Shown: positions 8,646 through 17,317 of the stretch, piece after piece
Layout of the letters: each line of letters opens with the position of its first letter
Position numbering within the stretch: the stretch's first letter is position 1
Source of the DNA: an uncultured delta proteobacterium
GTDB lineage: Bacteria > Myxococcota_A > Polyangia > Fen-1088
Direction of reading: 5' to 3'
NCBI GenBank assembly: GCA_963755125.1
Contig: CAVWIP010000006.1
Span: 32,001-96,000, forward strand
DNA length: 64,000 nucleotides
Notes under the pieces: model-generated
The model's database searches: none
What the model was told of the DNA's origin: nothing
What the model saw: the letters and a program-made list of their open reading frames with translations, nothing else
Made by a program: the position numbers and the translations under genes

Positions 8646-11600
8646 ATGATCCTGGAAGATTTTCGGGGCACGGAACGGTTCGAGATCCGAAGTCACCTCG
8701 GCGGAGGCGGCTTTGGGGTCGTCTACCGGGCCTTCGACCGTGAACGCAAGTTGGACGTGGCCCTCAAGACATTGGCTCAGGTCAGCGCAGACAGCGTGCA
8801 CAGACTGAAGCGCGAGTTTCGTTCGCTCGCCGGCATCACCCATCCCAACCTCGTCGTTCTCTATGATTTCTGCCTTGGCGGCGGACAGTGGTTCTACACC
8901 ATGGAACTCGTGGAGGGGACGGATTTTCTGGCCTGGGTGCGCGGTGGTAATGAGCCAACACTCGCGGAAACACGACAGCTGGACCCGCTGAAGACCGCCC
9001 GGAGGGAGCAACCGGTCCGGGCCGATAGGGCGAGTATCACCCCCCGCTGGCGCCACGACGAGGGACGTTTGCGTTCAACACTCATTCAGGTTGCCCGCGG
9101 TGTATACGCGCTCCACGAGAAGAGGACGCTACACGGTGACCTGAAACCGGCCAACGTGCTGGTGACACCCGGCGGTCGCGCCGTCATCCTCGACTTTGGA
9201 CTGGCGACCAGCCTCACACCCGACGAGCTGTATGACACGGTCGAACTGGATTCCTGCTGCGGGACACCGGCCTACATGGCTCCCGAACAGGTCGCTGGCC
9301 ACCCCGCGACTGAAGCGAGTGATTGGTACAGCGTGGGCGTCATGCTCTATGAAGCACTCACGGGATGGCTGCCGTTCAGGGGTACGACCAGTGAAGTCCT
9401 CGCGCAGAAGCGGCGGGGCGCTGCTCAATCGCCGGGTTGTTTCGTGAGCAATATCCCCGCGGGTCTGGAGTCCCTGTGCGTCGACTTGCTCGCCCGGTCA
9501 CCGCAAGACCGTCCCACCGGAGTCGAGGTGCTGCGCCGACTCGAAGGCGTGCAGGGAGAAGCCGGAACGGTGCTCACGTCGACACAGAACCCTGCCCCTG
9601 GATTTGTGGGACGTCAGCCGGAGCTTCAGGTTCTCCGTGAGGCGTTCGAGGTGGTCAGGTCGGGCCGGCCCGTCCAGGTCCACGTGCATGGCATCTCGGG
9701 AATCGGCAAGACGGCGTTGGTTCGCTGCTTCCTCGCCGGGCTTCGCGAAGACAACGACTGCGTTGTTCTGGCGGGCCGGTGCTACGAGTGCGAGTCCGTG
9801 CCGTACAAGATGTTCGACAGCTTGCTGGATGGATTGGTTCGGTACTTGAGACAACTGACGCGAGCAGAGGCGGCGAGTTTGATGCCCCGAGATGTCCGGG
9901 TGCTTGCACGTCTCTTTCCGGCGTTGCTCCGGGTGGATGCCGTGGCGGCCTCGCCGCCGCGTGACCTTGAGACCGGCGATCTCCATGAACTGCGTCGCCG
10001 GGCATTTGCGGCGCTCAAGGAGCTCTTTGGCAGGATGACCGATCGCAGAGCTTTGGTGCTCTTCATCGACGATCTGCAGTGGGGCGACAACGACAGCACG
10101 CGTCTGCTCTCGTACCTCTTGAGTCCCCCTGATCCGCCAAAACTCTTGCTAGTAGCAAGCTACCGGAGCGAAGAGGTGGAATCCAACCCGGTGCTGCAAG
10201 CTGTCCTGGAGACAGATGGGATCCGAAGCATCGAGGCAGAGCGGCGGGAAATCGCGGTGAGTGCGCTTTCCGAATCGGAAGCGCGGGAGCTTGCGCTCGA
10301 CCTGCTGGGTTTTCGCGATGCAGACGCGTTGTCGCGAGCAGAGACAATTGCTCGGGAGGCGCAGGGAAGTCCGTTCTTCGTTCGGGAGCTGGTGGAATAC
10401 GTGAAGGCCGGACTATCCCAGCGTGGTGTGCAGCTCAACCAGATGCTCAGTCATCGTATCTCACTCTTGCCAGAGGATGCTCGCCAGTTGCTTGCAGTCA
10501 TTGCGGTCGCGGGCCACCCTGTAGCCCAGGGACTCGCCGCGGAAACGGCGGAGCTCGCCGGCAAGGCCGAAAGGGCGCTGTCTGTTCTCCGTTCCGTGAA
10601 CTTGGTACGCAGCGGGGGACGGCACCTCAACGATCCGGTGGAGACTTTTCACGACCGCATCCGTGAAACCGTGGTGGGGCATCTCGCCCCAGAGGCTCTC
10701 CAGCAGATACACCAGAGGCTTGCTGCCTCGCTGGAGACATCGGCCCACCCCGATCCCGAGGCGCTGACGGTGCACTGGGAGGGTGCGAAGAAGCCCGACC
10801 ATGCGGCTAAGTACGCTGCCATCGCGGCCGCCCGAGCAGCCGAGGCGCTGGCGTTCGACCGAGCTGCAGAGCTTTTCCGCTTTTCACTCCAGCGGTCGCC
10901 GGACGACGATCCGAAGCGTCGCACTCTCCAGACTCAGTTGGCTGATGCCTTGGCCAACGCCGGCAGGGCTCCCGAGGCGGCGGAGGCGTACCTGAGTGCT
11001 GCAGCTGGAGCGTCATGGTCGGATGAGTTCGAATTAAAGCGCCGCGCCGCTGAGCAGCTGCTGATCAGCGGCCATTCCGATCATGGCCGTCAAGTTGCGG
11101 GATCGGTCCTCAAGGCCGTGGGCCTGAAGCTGCCGGCCACGCCTCGACGCGCTTTCATGTCGCTCTTGTTCCAGAGGGCGAAAATTCGCCTGCGCGGCGT
11201 TCGCTTTCGCGAGCGTGAACCGAGCCAGATCCCATACGATACGCTGAGACGGGTAGACACGTGCTGGTCGATGGGGATCGGTCTCAGCATGGTCGATACC
11301 ACCATCGGCGCGATCTTTGCCTCCCGCTATCTCTTGCTTTCGCTTGCCAGCGGTGAGCCCCGCCGAACGGCACGGGCACTGGCCTTCGAAGGAACCCACC
11401 GCGCGAGCATTCGGGTCCAGAGCACCGGGGCCATGGAGCTTATTCGGACTGCCGAGGCACTCGCTCAACGGATAGACGATCCCCACGTATACGGATTTGC
11501 CACCCTGATGGGAGGAATTGCTGCCTATTTCAAGGGGAATTACCGGCGAGCCCTCGAAGCATGCGACCGAGCGGGCGCCATCTTCCGCGATTCGTGCAAA

Positions 11601-12380
11601 GGTGCGACCTGGGAGTTGGCGACCGCCAACACCTACGCGACCTACTCACTATTCAACTTGGGCGAGTGGGCTGAACTGTCCGAACGTGTCCCACTGTTGT
11701 TGGATGCGGCACATCGGCGAAACAATGAGTATGCCGCAAGCCTGCTGCGCGTTCCGTTTGGCATGGTGGCCTGGCTGGCGCGTGGAGATATCGACGGCGC
11801 ACGACGAGAGGCTGAGAATGCGATAAAGAAGTGCTCGTCATCGACCTTTCAATTGCAGCACGCCATGCACTTTCTTGCCATGGAGCAAATCGAGCAATAT
11901 GCCGGGGACGGTCGGGCGGCTTGGAAGCGGGTAGTAGAGGAAACCTGGCCGGCTCTTCGGCGTTCGCTTCTCCTGAAGATCGGGTCGGTTCGATTGCTTG
12001 CGCTGCAACTGCGCGCCAACAGTGCGCTTCTGGCGTGTTCGGGGTCTGCAATCCCGCGGGTTGCCATACGGGATGCTGCCAGAATCGGTCGAATGAAGAC
12101 CGGCGGGGCGAAACCGGTCGCTCAGCTCATCCAAGCCGCGGTCCTCGTCAAGCGTGGGGATACGGAAGCTGCGGTTGACTTACTCAAGACGGCTGCGACC
12201 GGCTTTGACGACGGGGAAATGGCGATTCATGCAGCCGCGACACGGCACAGGCTCGGTGAACTCGTCGGAGGCGAAGAAGGTCGAAGAATGGTCGACACGG
12301 CTCGTGCCGTCATGCTCGCTCAGAGGGTCAACAGTCCTGCCCGGGTGACGGCCATGCTGGTGCCAGGACTTGCTGATTGA
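8646..12380 (+). CDS. Ser/Thr protein kinase fused to a P-loop (AAA_16/STAND-like) ATPase and helical TPR-like repeats
   Basis: LGGGGFGVV, VALK, HGDLKPAN, DFG, GTPAYMAPE; Walker A GISGIGKT, Walker B LFIDDLQWGD; G.PFF motif; Ala-rich helical C-terminus. Start could be 8634. Confidence 0.92.
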   Translation: MILEDFRGTERFEIRSHLGGGGFGVVYRAFDRERKLDVALKTLAQVSADSVHRLKREFRSLAGITHPNLVVLYDFCLGGGQWFYTMELVEGTDFLAWVRGGNEPTLAETRQLDPLKTARREQPVRADRASITPRWRHDEGRLRSTLIQVARGVYALHEKRTLHGDLKPANVLVTPGGRAVILDFGLATSLTPDELYDTVELDSCCGTPAYMAPEQVAGHPATEASDWYSVGVMLYEALTGWLPFRGTTSEVLAQKRRGAAQSPGCFVSNIPAGLESLCVDLLARSPQDRPTGVEVLRRLEGVQGEAGTVLTSTQNPAPGFVGRQPELQVLREAFEVVRSGRPVQVHVHGISGIGKTALVRCFLAGLREDNDCVVLAGRCYECESVPYKMFDSLLDGLVRYLRQLTRAEAASLMPRDVRVLARLFPALLRVDAVAASPPRDLETGDLHELRRRAFAALKELFGRMTDRRALVLFIDDLQWGDNDSTRLLSYLLSPPDPPKLLLVASYRSEEVESNPVLQAVLETDGIRSIEAERREIAVSALSESEARELALDLLGFRDADALSRAETIAREAQGSPFFVRELVEYVKAGLSQRGVQLNQMLSHRISLLPEDARQLLAVIAVAGHPVAQGLAAETAELAGKAERALSVLRSVNLVRSGGRHLNDPVETFHDRIRETVVGHLAPEALQQIHQRLAASLETSAHPDPEALTVHWEGAKKPDHAAKYAAIAAARAAEALAFDRAAELFRFSLQRSPDDDPKRRTLQTQLADALANAGRAPEAAEAYLSAAAGASWSDEFELKRRAAEQLLISGHSDHGRQVAGSVLKAVGLKLPATPRRAFMSLLFQRAKIRLRGVRFREREPSQIPYDTLRRVDTCWSMGIGLSMVDTTIGAIFASRYLLLSLASGEPRRTARALAFEGTHRASIRVQSTGAMELIRTAEALAQRIDDPHVYGFATLMGGIAAYFKGNYRRALEACDRAGAIFRDSCKGATWELATANTYATYSLFNLGEWAELSERVPLLLDAAHRRNNEYAASLLRVPFGMVAWLARGDIDGARREAENAIKKCSSSTFQLQHAMHFLAMEQIEQYAGDGRAAWKRVVEETWPALRRSLLLKIGSVRLLALQLRANSALLACSGSAIPRVAIRDAARIGRMKTGGAKPVAQLIQAAVLVKRGDTEAAVDLLKTAATGFDDGEMAIHAAATRHRLGELVGGEEGRRMVDTARAVMLAQRVNSPARVTAMLVPGLAD

Positions 12381-12403
12381 GCTGGAGCCGAATCGTTGGC
12401 GAT

Positions 12404-12470
12404 ATGGGAACCCTCAAAGGGTTCCCATATCCTCACGCGAAGGTCCGTGGCGAGCGAAGCGCACCGGCCT
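12404..12470. repeat. REP-like repeat (GCGAAGC family) / hairpin between convergent genes
   Basis: ATGGGAACCCT-CAA-AGGGTTCCCAT perfect hairpin. Its first 21 nt are the exact reverse complement of 34003-34023, and GAGCGAAGCG follows. Confidence 0.7.
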
Positions 12471-14000
12471 CCCACGCGGACTGGACTGCTCGCCCTCAGC
12501 TTCGGCATCTGGCACGCTCGTGGCGTCGGCTGCGGTATATAAGACGCTGGCGCCAGAGGGTGCGGTCTGTGCATCGAGACCGGCGCTGGACGTTATCCGC
12601 TGCGGCTCCAGTCCCAGCGACCGCATCTGGGTCTCATCCCATGCTTCGATCGCGTCGCCCGCCAGCAAGGTCCGTTTGGGATTGGCTGTTGGCACCTTGA
12701 TACTGGCGAGCTCGCGGGTCAGGAGGAGCAGCGCCAGCTTGTAGCGTGGCACTGCAGACGCCCAGAACTTCGTACCGACGAACTTCGCGAGTCTGAATGA
12801 GGTGCTCAAGCGCTGGGTAAGCTTCCTGTAGTGCTCAATTGTCTCTGACGGCGAGAGCCTCTCTGGACGGTGGCACAAGGTGTAGCCGTCAAAGTCTCGA
12901 ATTGTGAGGCCTGGCAACAAGCGTCGCCGTTGTCGGAGGTCCCGAAACAGCGGTGTCTCGGGATAGGGGCAGACAAGTCCCAGGTAGGTGACGGAGTAGG
13001 CACGCAGGTCGTCAAGATATTCTGGGACTCGCTCCAGGTACTGGTTGGTGTCTCCATCGAGACCAATGATCATCCCAAACGATAGGATGATTCCATGCCG
13101 ATAACAGGTGGCGATGATGGCTTTGACCTCGGAAAGACGGTTGTGTTTCTTGTTGACCGAGGAAAGCGATTCGGGATTGAGTGATTCGAGACCCGTGTAG
13201 ACGTAGCGGCATCCCGCCTTGGCCAGCAGACTCACCGTCTCGGCATTGCGCAGGATGTTCATGGTGAGGGCGCATCCCCACGTCTTGCGCAGGGGAATCA
13301 GCGCCTGGCAAAGCTCCTTGAGGTAACGGAGGGAGCCTCCAAGGTTGTTGTCAGAGAAGATGAAGGCGTTGTCAAACAGACCGAAATGGTACTTGTTGAA
13401 ACGCATCCGAAATTCTATTTCGTCCACTACATCCTTCACCGGCCGGCAACGGAATTTCTCGAAACCAGTGAGAACACAGAAACTGCACGAAAACGGGCAG
13501 CCTCGCGTGGCCTCTATTGCGGGCAGTCGGTATCGGTTCGACCGGAAGTCAATGAGGTCGTATCGATACGGCCTGATTGCGGCCGCGCCGGCACTGGGGT
13601 TGCGGTATATCTTCTTCAACCCCTTTCTTTCAAAATCCTTGATGAGCAAGGGAATGTTGCCCTCGGGTTCACCAACCACCACGGCGTCAAAGTAGTTGGA
13701 ACAGTCATCCGGGTAGTAGGAGGCGTGCCTTCCCCCGGCCACCGTCACCATTCCACGAGCCCTGAATAGCGCCGATAGAACCTTGGTGTGCTCGTAAAAC
13801 GAGTGAAGGTATGAAAAGAAGACAAGATCCCAGTGCCTGTCCAAAGGAATGTCGACTTCTTTTTCGTTGTACAGCTCGATCTCGGCAGTGGCAGGACAGA
13901 GGCTTGCAATCAGCTCGGGTACTGATGACTGCATCACCGAGCGTTCCTGCAGTTGGAGCCGCGTCGGATGACGATAGGTAGTGATTATGGCTATCTTCAT
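12414..14000 (-). CDS. B12-binding-domain radical SAM protein
   Basis: EATRGCPFSCSFC (CxxxCxxC), GG.HAS..P, VVVGEPE, FSDNN, GLESLN, PYPETP. Confidence 0.9.
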   Translation of the reverse strand: MKIAIITTYRHPTRLQLQERSVMQSSVPELIASLCPATAEIELYNEKEVDIPLDRHWDLVFFSYLHSFYEHTKVLSALFRARGMVTVAGGRHASYYPDDCSNYFDAVVVGEPEGNIPLLIKDFERKGLKKIYRNPSAGAAAIRPYRYDLIDFRSNRYRLPAIEATRGCPFSCSFCVLTGFEKFRCRPVKDVVDEIEFRMRFNKYHFGLFDNAFIFSDNNLGGSLRYLKELCQALIPLRKTWGCALTMNILRNAETVSLLAKAGCRYVYTGLESLNPESLSSVNKKHNRLSEVKAIIATCYRHGIILSFGMIIGLDGDTNQYLERVPEYLDDLRAYSVTYLGLVCPYPETPLFRDLRQRRRLLPGLTIRDFDGYTLCHRPERLSPSETIEHYRKLTQRLSTSFRLAKFVGTKFWASAVPRYKLALLLLTRELASIKVPTANPKRTLLAGDAIEAWDETQMRSLGLEPQRITSSAGLDAQTAPSGASVLYTAADATSVPDAEAEGEQSSPRGRPVRFARHGPSREDMGTL

Positions 14001-14101
14001 CTGCGAACCTTTCGAGGTGGGGGATGAGTAGGTCCTCAGGGATGGGACAGAGAGCGCTTCGAAGAGGAACTCAGGCCGCGGCAGGCTGGCGAGCTAGTTG
14101 C

Positions 14102-14314
14102 CAGCATCAAGACCGACAAGCTTTGCTTCTGGCGCGAGTGGTAGGCGAACTCGGTCTGGATGACGTGTTGAAACAAGCGCTTGTTGTAGGCCTGCGTGAG
14201 TCCGTCGCGCATCGCCGGGTGGGAGAGTTGCTTGAGGAAGGCATCCTTGACGGGCGCAGTCGTCTTGATGCCTGGCTTGCTACCAAAGTCCAAAGGCGCG
14301 TCTCCGACGCACAG
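14102..14314 (-). pseudogene. Diguanylate cyclase (GGDEF) N-terminal fragment
   Basis: AMRDGLTQAYNKRLFQHVIQTEFAYHSRQKQSLSVLML matches the D.LTG.YNRR...LSLLM start of GGDEF domains. The expected D.D.FK and GGDEF motifs are missing. Confidence 0.65.
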
Positions 14315-14607
14315 CCATCTCCTTTTCGGCACAACTACGACCTTTCAAGACACACTTCAAAATGCCTCGGTGTGACACCGAGAATACGCATATGCCCAAA
14401 ACGGGAAACCAGCAAGTAGTTCTTGTGTAGCCCAGCTGCGATCGAAGAGATTCCCGAGATGGTGCGGCAGACGCAGAATCCACCCAGCTTGGCGCTCGGT
14501 CAAGGGGCGGCATGGAGCGGAAACGCAGTTGATGCCTGGGCCGAAGAGCGGGTACAGTGGCTGACCGAATGGGCATTCTGGCCATTGAGACGCCCAGGTA
14601 GACGGCC

Positions 14608-16392
14608 ATGACGAGAAGCTACGACAAGGATAGTGCTGCCAGTCCCGGCGGGATTCTGACCACCGTCCGTTTTCACGCAGCGGAAGGCGGCCAGGACGGG
14701 CTCTTCCTGATGGTCGTCGGTCCCGAAGGATTCAGGGCGATTGCTCTGCCGCACAAGGGGGTTCTGCACATCGGCCGCAGCGTTCAGGCCGACGTCAGGA
14801 TCAACGATTCCCTGGCTTCGCGCGACCACTGCCGCCTTCACGTGGAGGGTGGGATGGTCGAGATCGAGGACCTCGAGAGCGCCAACGGCACCTTGTTGCG
14901 CAATCATGCCCTACAACCGCGAGTCCGGGTGGAGCTTGCCCTGGGGGATGCAGTGAGTGTCGGGGCGACCGTTCTCGTGCTGCGCTCGGGGGACCGCTTG
15001 CCACGACCGGTTCGCGTTCTGCCCCATGGCTACTTCCTTGCTCGCCTTGACGAGGAATGCGCCAGTTCGGTTCGCGGCCGCTCGCCGTTCGCCCTGGTGC
15101 GGCTAGATGTCGAGGGCGAAGTGTCAACCAGCCGGTGCGCCGGGCTTCTCCCGCTATGCCTACAGCCATCGGACATCATCGGCGCCTACGGACCGCAGCA
15201 GTATGAACTGCTCTTGCCGCAAACCACGCCGGAGGCTGCTACGAAGATGGTTGCCGACCTGGGCGCCAGTTTGCAGCAGGCCGGAATTACATTTCGCACC
15301 GGCACGGCCCATCACCCGGTTGATGGTCGCAGTGCTGCGGAACTGCTCGAGCGGGCGTGCCAAGCGGTGCGCCCAGGGGCCATTCAGCCCGGGCCTGCCT
15401 CGGACATCATTCTGGTGGACCCGGCGATGCAGGAACTTCACGGCTTGGCCAGGGACGTCGCCAAGAGCAACATCAACGTGCTCATCGTGGGGGAGACCGG
15501 CACGGGCAAGGAGATTCTGGCCGAGGTCGTTCATCGCGCCTCGCCGCGCGCCCAGGGTAACTTCCTGTCGCTCAACTGCGCCGCTCTGTCGGAAAATTTG
15601 GTCGAGGCGGAACTGTTCGGCTACGAGAAGGGCGCCTTCACCGGGGCCACGCAGGCCAAGCAGGGTCTTCTGGAAACCGCACCGGCCGGCACCGTGTTCC
15701 TGGACGAGATTGGCGAGCTATCCCTGCCCCTGCAGGCCAAGCTCCTTCGCGTGATCGAAACCCGCACACTGATTCGGGTTGGCGGCGTGAACAAGCGGAC
15801 AGTGGACGTCAGGTTCGTCTCGGCAACCAACCGCAACCTCCAGCAGGCCATCGACAGCAGCGGTTTTCGCAGCGATTTGTACTTCCGGCTCAACGGCATC
15901 ACCCTGGCGATTCCCCCGCTGCGCGATCGCCCTGTGGAGATCGAGCCATTCGGGCGTCGCTTCGCCGACGAAATGGCCCGCGAGTTGGGGCGTTCTACTC
16001 CCGAGATCTCGGCCGACGCCCTCACGCTGCTACGCAGTTACGCCTGGCCGGGCAACATCCGCGAGTTGCGCAATGTCATTCACAGGGCGGTCCTTCTGTG
16101 CCGATCGGGACTGGTCATCACGCCCGACCACCTCCCACGGGAGTTGATGGAAGCCACCTTTTCGGCCCCGCAGCCGACCCGCACCCTTCCCCACGGCCAG
16201 ACCCCGCTTTCTGACTTGTCGTCGACCCAGCCGGGGCCGGCGCTGCAGCCCGAGGAGAAGCAACGGATCCTAGACGTGCTAGAGAAGACCGCCGGCAACC
16301 AAACCGCGGCTGCCAGGTTGCTGGGAATGGGCCGCACGGCCTTCGTAGCGCGGCTGAACCAGTACGGGATCTCGCGGCCGCGCAAGAGATAG
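14608..16392 (+). CDS. FHA-domain sigma54-dependent enhancer-binding protein with degenerate GGDEF-like domain and Fis HTH
   Basis: FHA (IGRS...ASRDH...DLESANGT), middle AYGPQQYE, GETGTGKE, GAFTGA, FLDEIGE, WPGNIREL, GNQTAAARLLG. Confidence 0.93.
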   Translation: MTRSYDKDSAASPGGILTTVRFHAAEGGQDGLFLMVVGPEGFRAIALPHKGVLHIGRSVQADVRINDSLASRDHCRLHVEGGMVEIEDLESANGTLLRNHALQPRVRVELALGDAVSVGATVLVLRSGDRLPRPVRVLPHGYFLARLDEECASSVRGRSPFALVRLDVEGEVSTSRCAGLLPLCLQPSDIIGAYGPQQYELLLPQTTPEAATKMVADLGASLQQAGITFRTGTAHHPVDGRSAAELLERACQAVRPGAIQPGPASDIILVDPAMQELHGLARDVAKSNINVLIVGETGTGKEILAEVVHRASPRAQGNFLSLNCAALSENLVEAELFGYEKGAFTGATQAKQGLLETAPAGTVFLDEIGELSLPLQAKLLRVIETRTLIRVGGVNKRTVDVRFVSATNRNLQQAIDSSGFRSDLYFRLNGITLAIPPLRDRPVEIEPFGRRFADEMARELGRSTPEISADALTLLRSYAWPGNIRELRNVIHRAVLLCRSGLVITPDHLPRELMEATFSAPQPTRTLPHGQTPLSDLSSTQPGPALQPEEKQRILDVLEKTAGNQTAAARLLGMGRTAFVARLNQYGISRPRKR

Positions 16393-16481
16393 GGTCGGTC
16401 AGAGCCAGATTCATCCGTTGGCGACCTTGTCCGTCGCCACCCTGGCGGCGCGCATGGCAGGACGCATCGAGGCTACAGATC

Positions 16482-16506
16482 GTGCGCACAAATTGTGCGC
16501 ACAAAT
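16482..16506. promoter_or_regulatory. Overlapping direct/inverted repeat, candidate activator-binding site
   Basis: GTGCGCACAAAT occurs twice (16482-16493, 16495-16506) and also forms the palindrome GTGCGCACAA-A-TTGTGCGCAC. Confidence 0.45.
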
Positions 16507-16812
16507 CGTTCGCGCGAATCGCGTAACAGCACTCAGCAGGATCGGGACCGGCCCCGCAAAGTGGCGGAGTATTCCCTGTGCCAATCACCCACGACGTTCC
16601 CAATACCGTCCAGGAAGTTACTCCGCCACGATGCTGAGGCCCCATCACCCCCGGCACTTTCCCCATTCCGCCACCAACGCCGCCCATCCAGAACCCTGCC
16701 CTGACCGCACCACCACACCGTCCGCCGCCCCCGGCCACCCCTGCACCTCGTGCCCCCGCCTCCCAATCCTTGCCCAACCATACAAATCCCGTGCCACGGG
16801 CAAGCTTCCGGC

Positions 16813-16828
16813 CGGCACGGTCATTGCT
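16813..16828 (+). promoter_or_regulatory. sigma54 promoter for the STAS-kinase unit
   Basis: CGGCACGGTCATTGCT = GG(16814-15)-N10-GC(16826-27); downstream GAGGAG RBS before ATG 16881. Confidence 0.7.
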
Positions 16829-16880
16829 TGGAAACCGGGCTTCCATCTCACGAAACCGACAAGCCAGAGGAGAAAAGCAG

Positions 16881-17180
16881 ATGCACTTCACAACCAGCAC
16901 GACTGATGGCGTGGCTACTCTTCGCATCGTAGGCGAACTGGACGCGGTCACCACTCCGGATCTCCGGCCATCGGTAGACGCCCTGGTCGCTGAGCAGCAT
17001 CCCCGCATCGTCGTCGATATGTCGGGTTTGCGGCTCATCGACAGCTCGGGCGTGGGCGCGGTGGTGTTCTTGTACAAGAAGGCCAGGGAGTATGGTGGCG
17101 TGGTATCCGTCTACGGCATGCGGGATCAGCCGCTGGCGATATTCAAGCTTCTGCGCATGGATCGGGTTCTTCAGGAGTGA
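16881..17180 (+). CDS. STAS-domain anti-sigma factor antagonist (SpoIIAA/RsbV-like)
   Basis: GELDA...L, IVVDMSGLRLIDSSG (phosphoacceptor Ser motif); RBS GAGGAG; 99 aa. Confidence 0.92.
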   Translation: MHFTTSTTDGVATLRIVGELDAVTTPDLRPSVDALVAEQHPRIVVDMSGLRLIDSSGVGAVVFLYKKAREYGGVVSVYGMRDQPLAIFKLLRMDRVLQE

Positions 17181-17317
17181 GAGCGCGTAGTTCGGGCTCT
17201 GCAGGCGTGAAGGCGCGCATGGAGTACGTGGGCGATGAGCCAGCGGGTGGCCTTTTCATGCGGCCTGACGCCCATGCACAAGCAGCGCAAGTGGGTCGTC
17301 TGCTGGGAGGGCGAGGC

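Noticed and set aside
16118..17077. Cys/Gly-rich 319-aa minus-strand ORF as a RiPP precursor or gene
   Set aside because: It overlaps two real plus-strand genes, has no clear RBS or leader motif, and its composition is explained by the G-rich tract and DNA palindromes.
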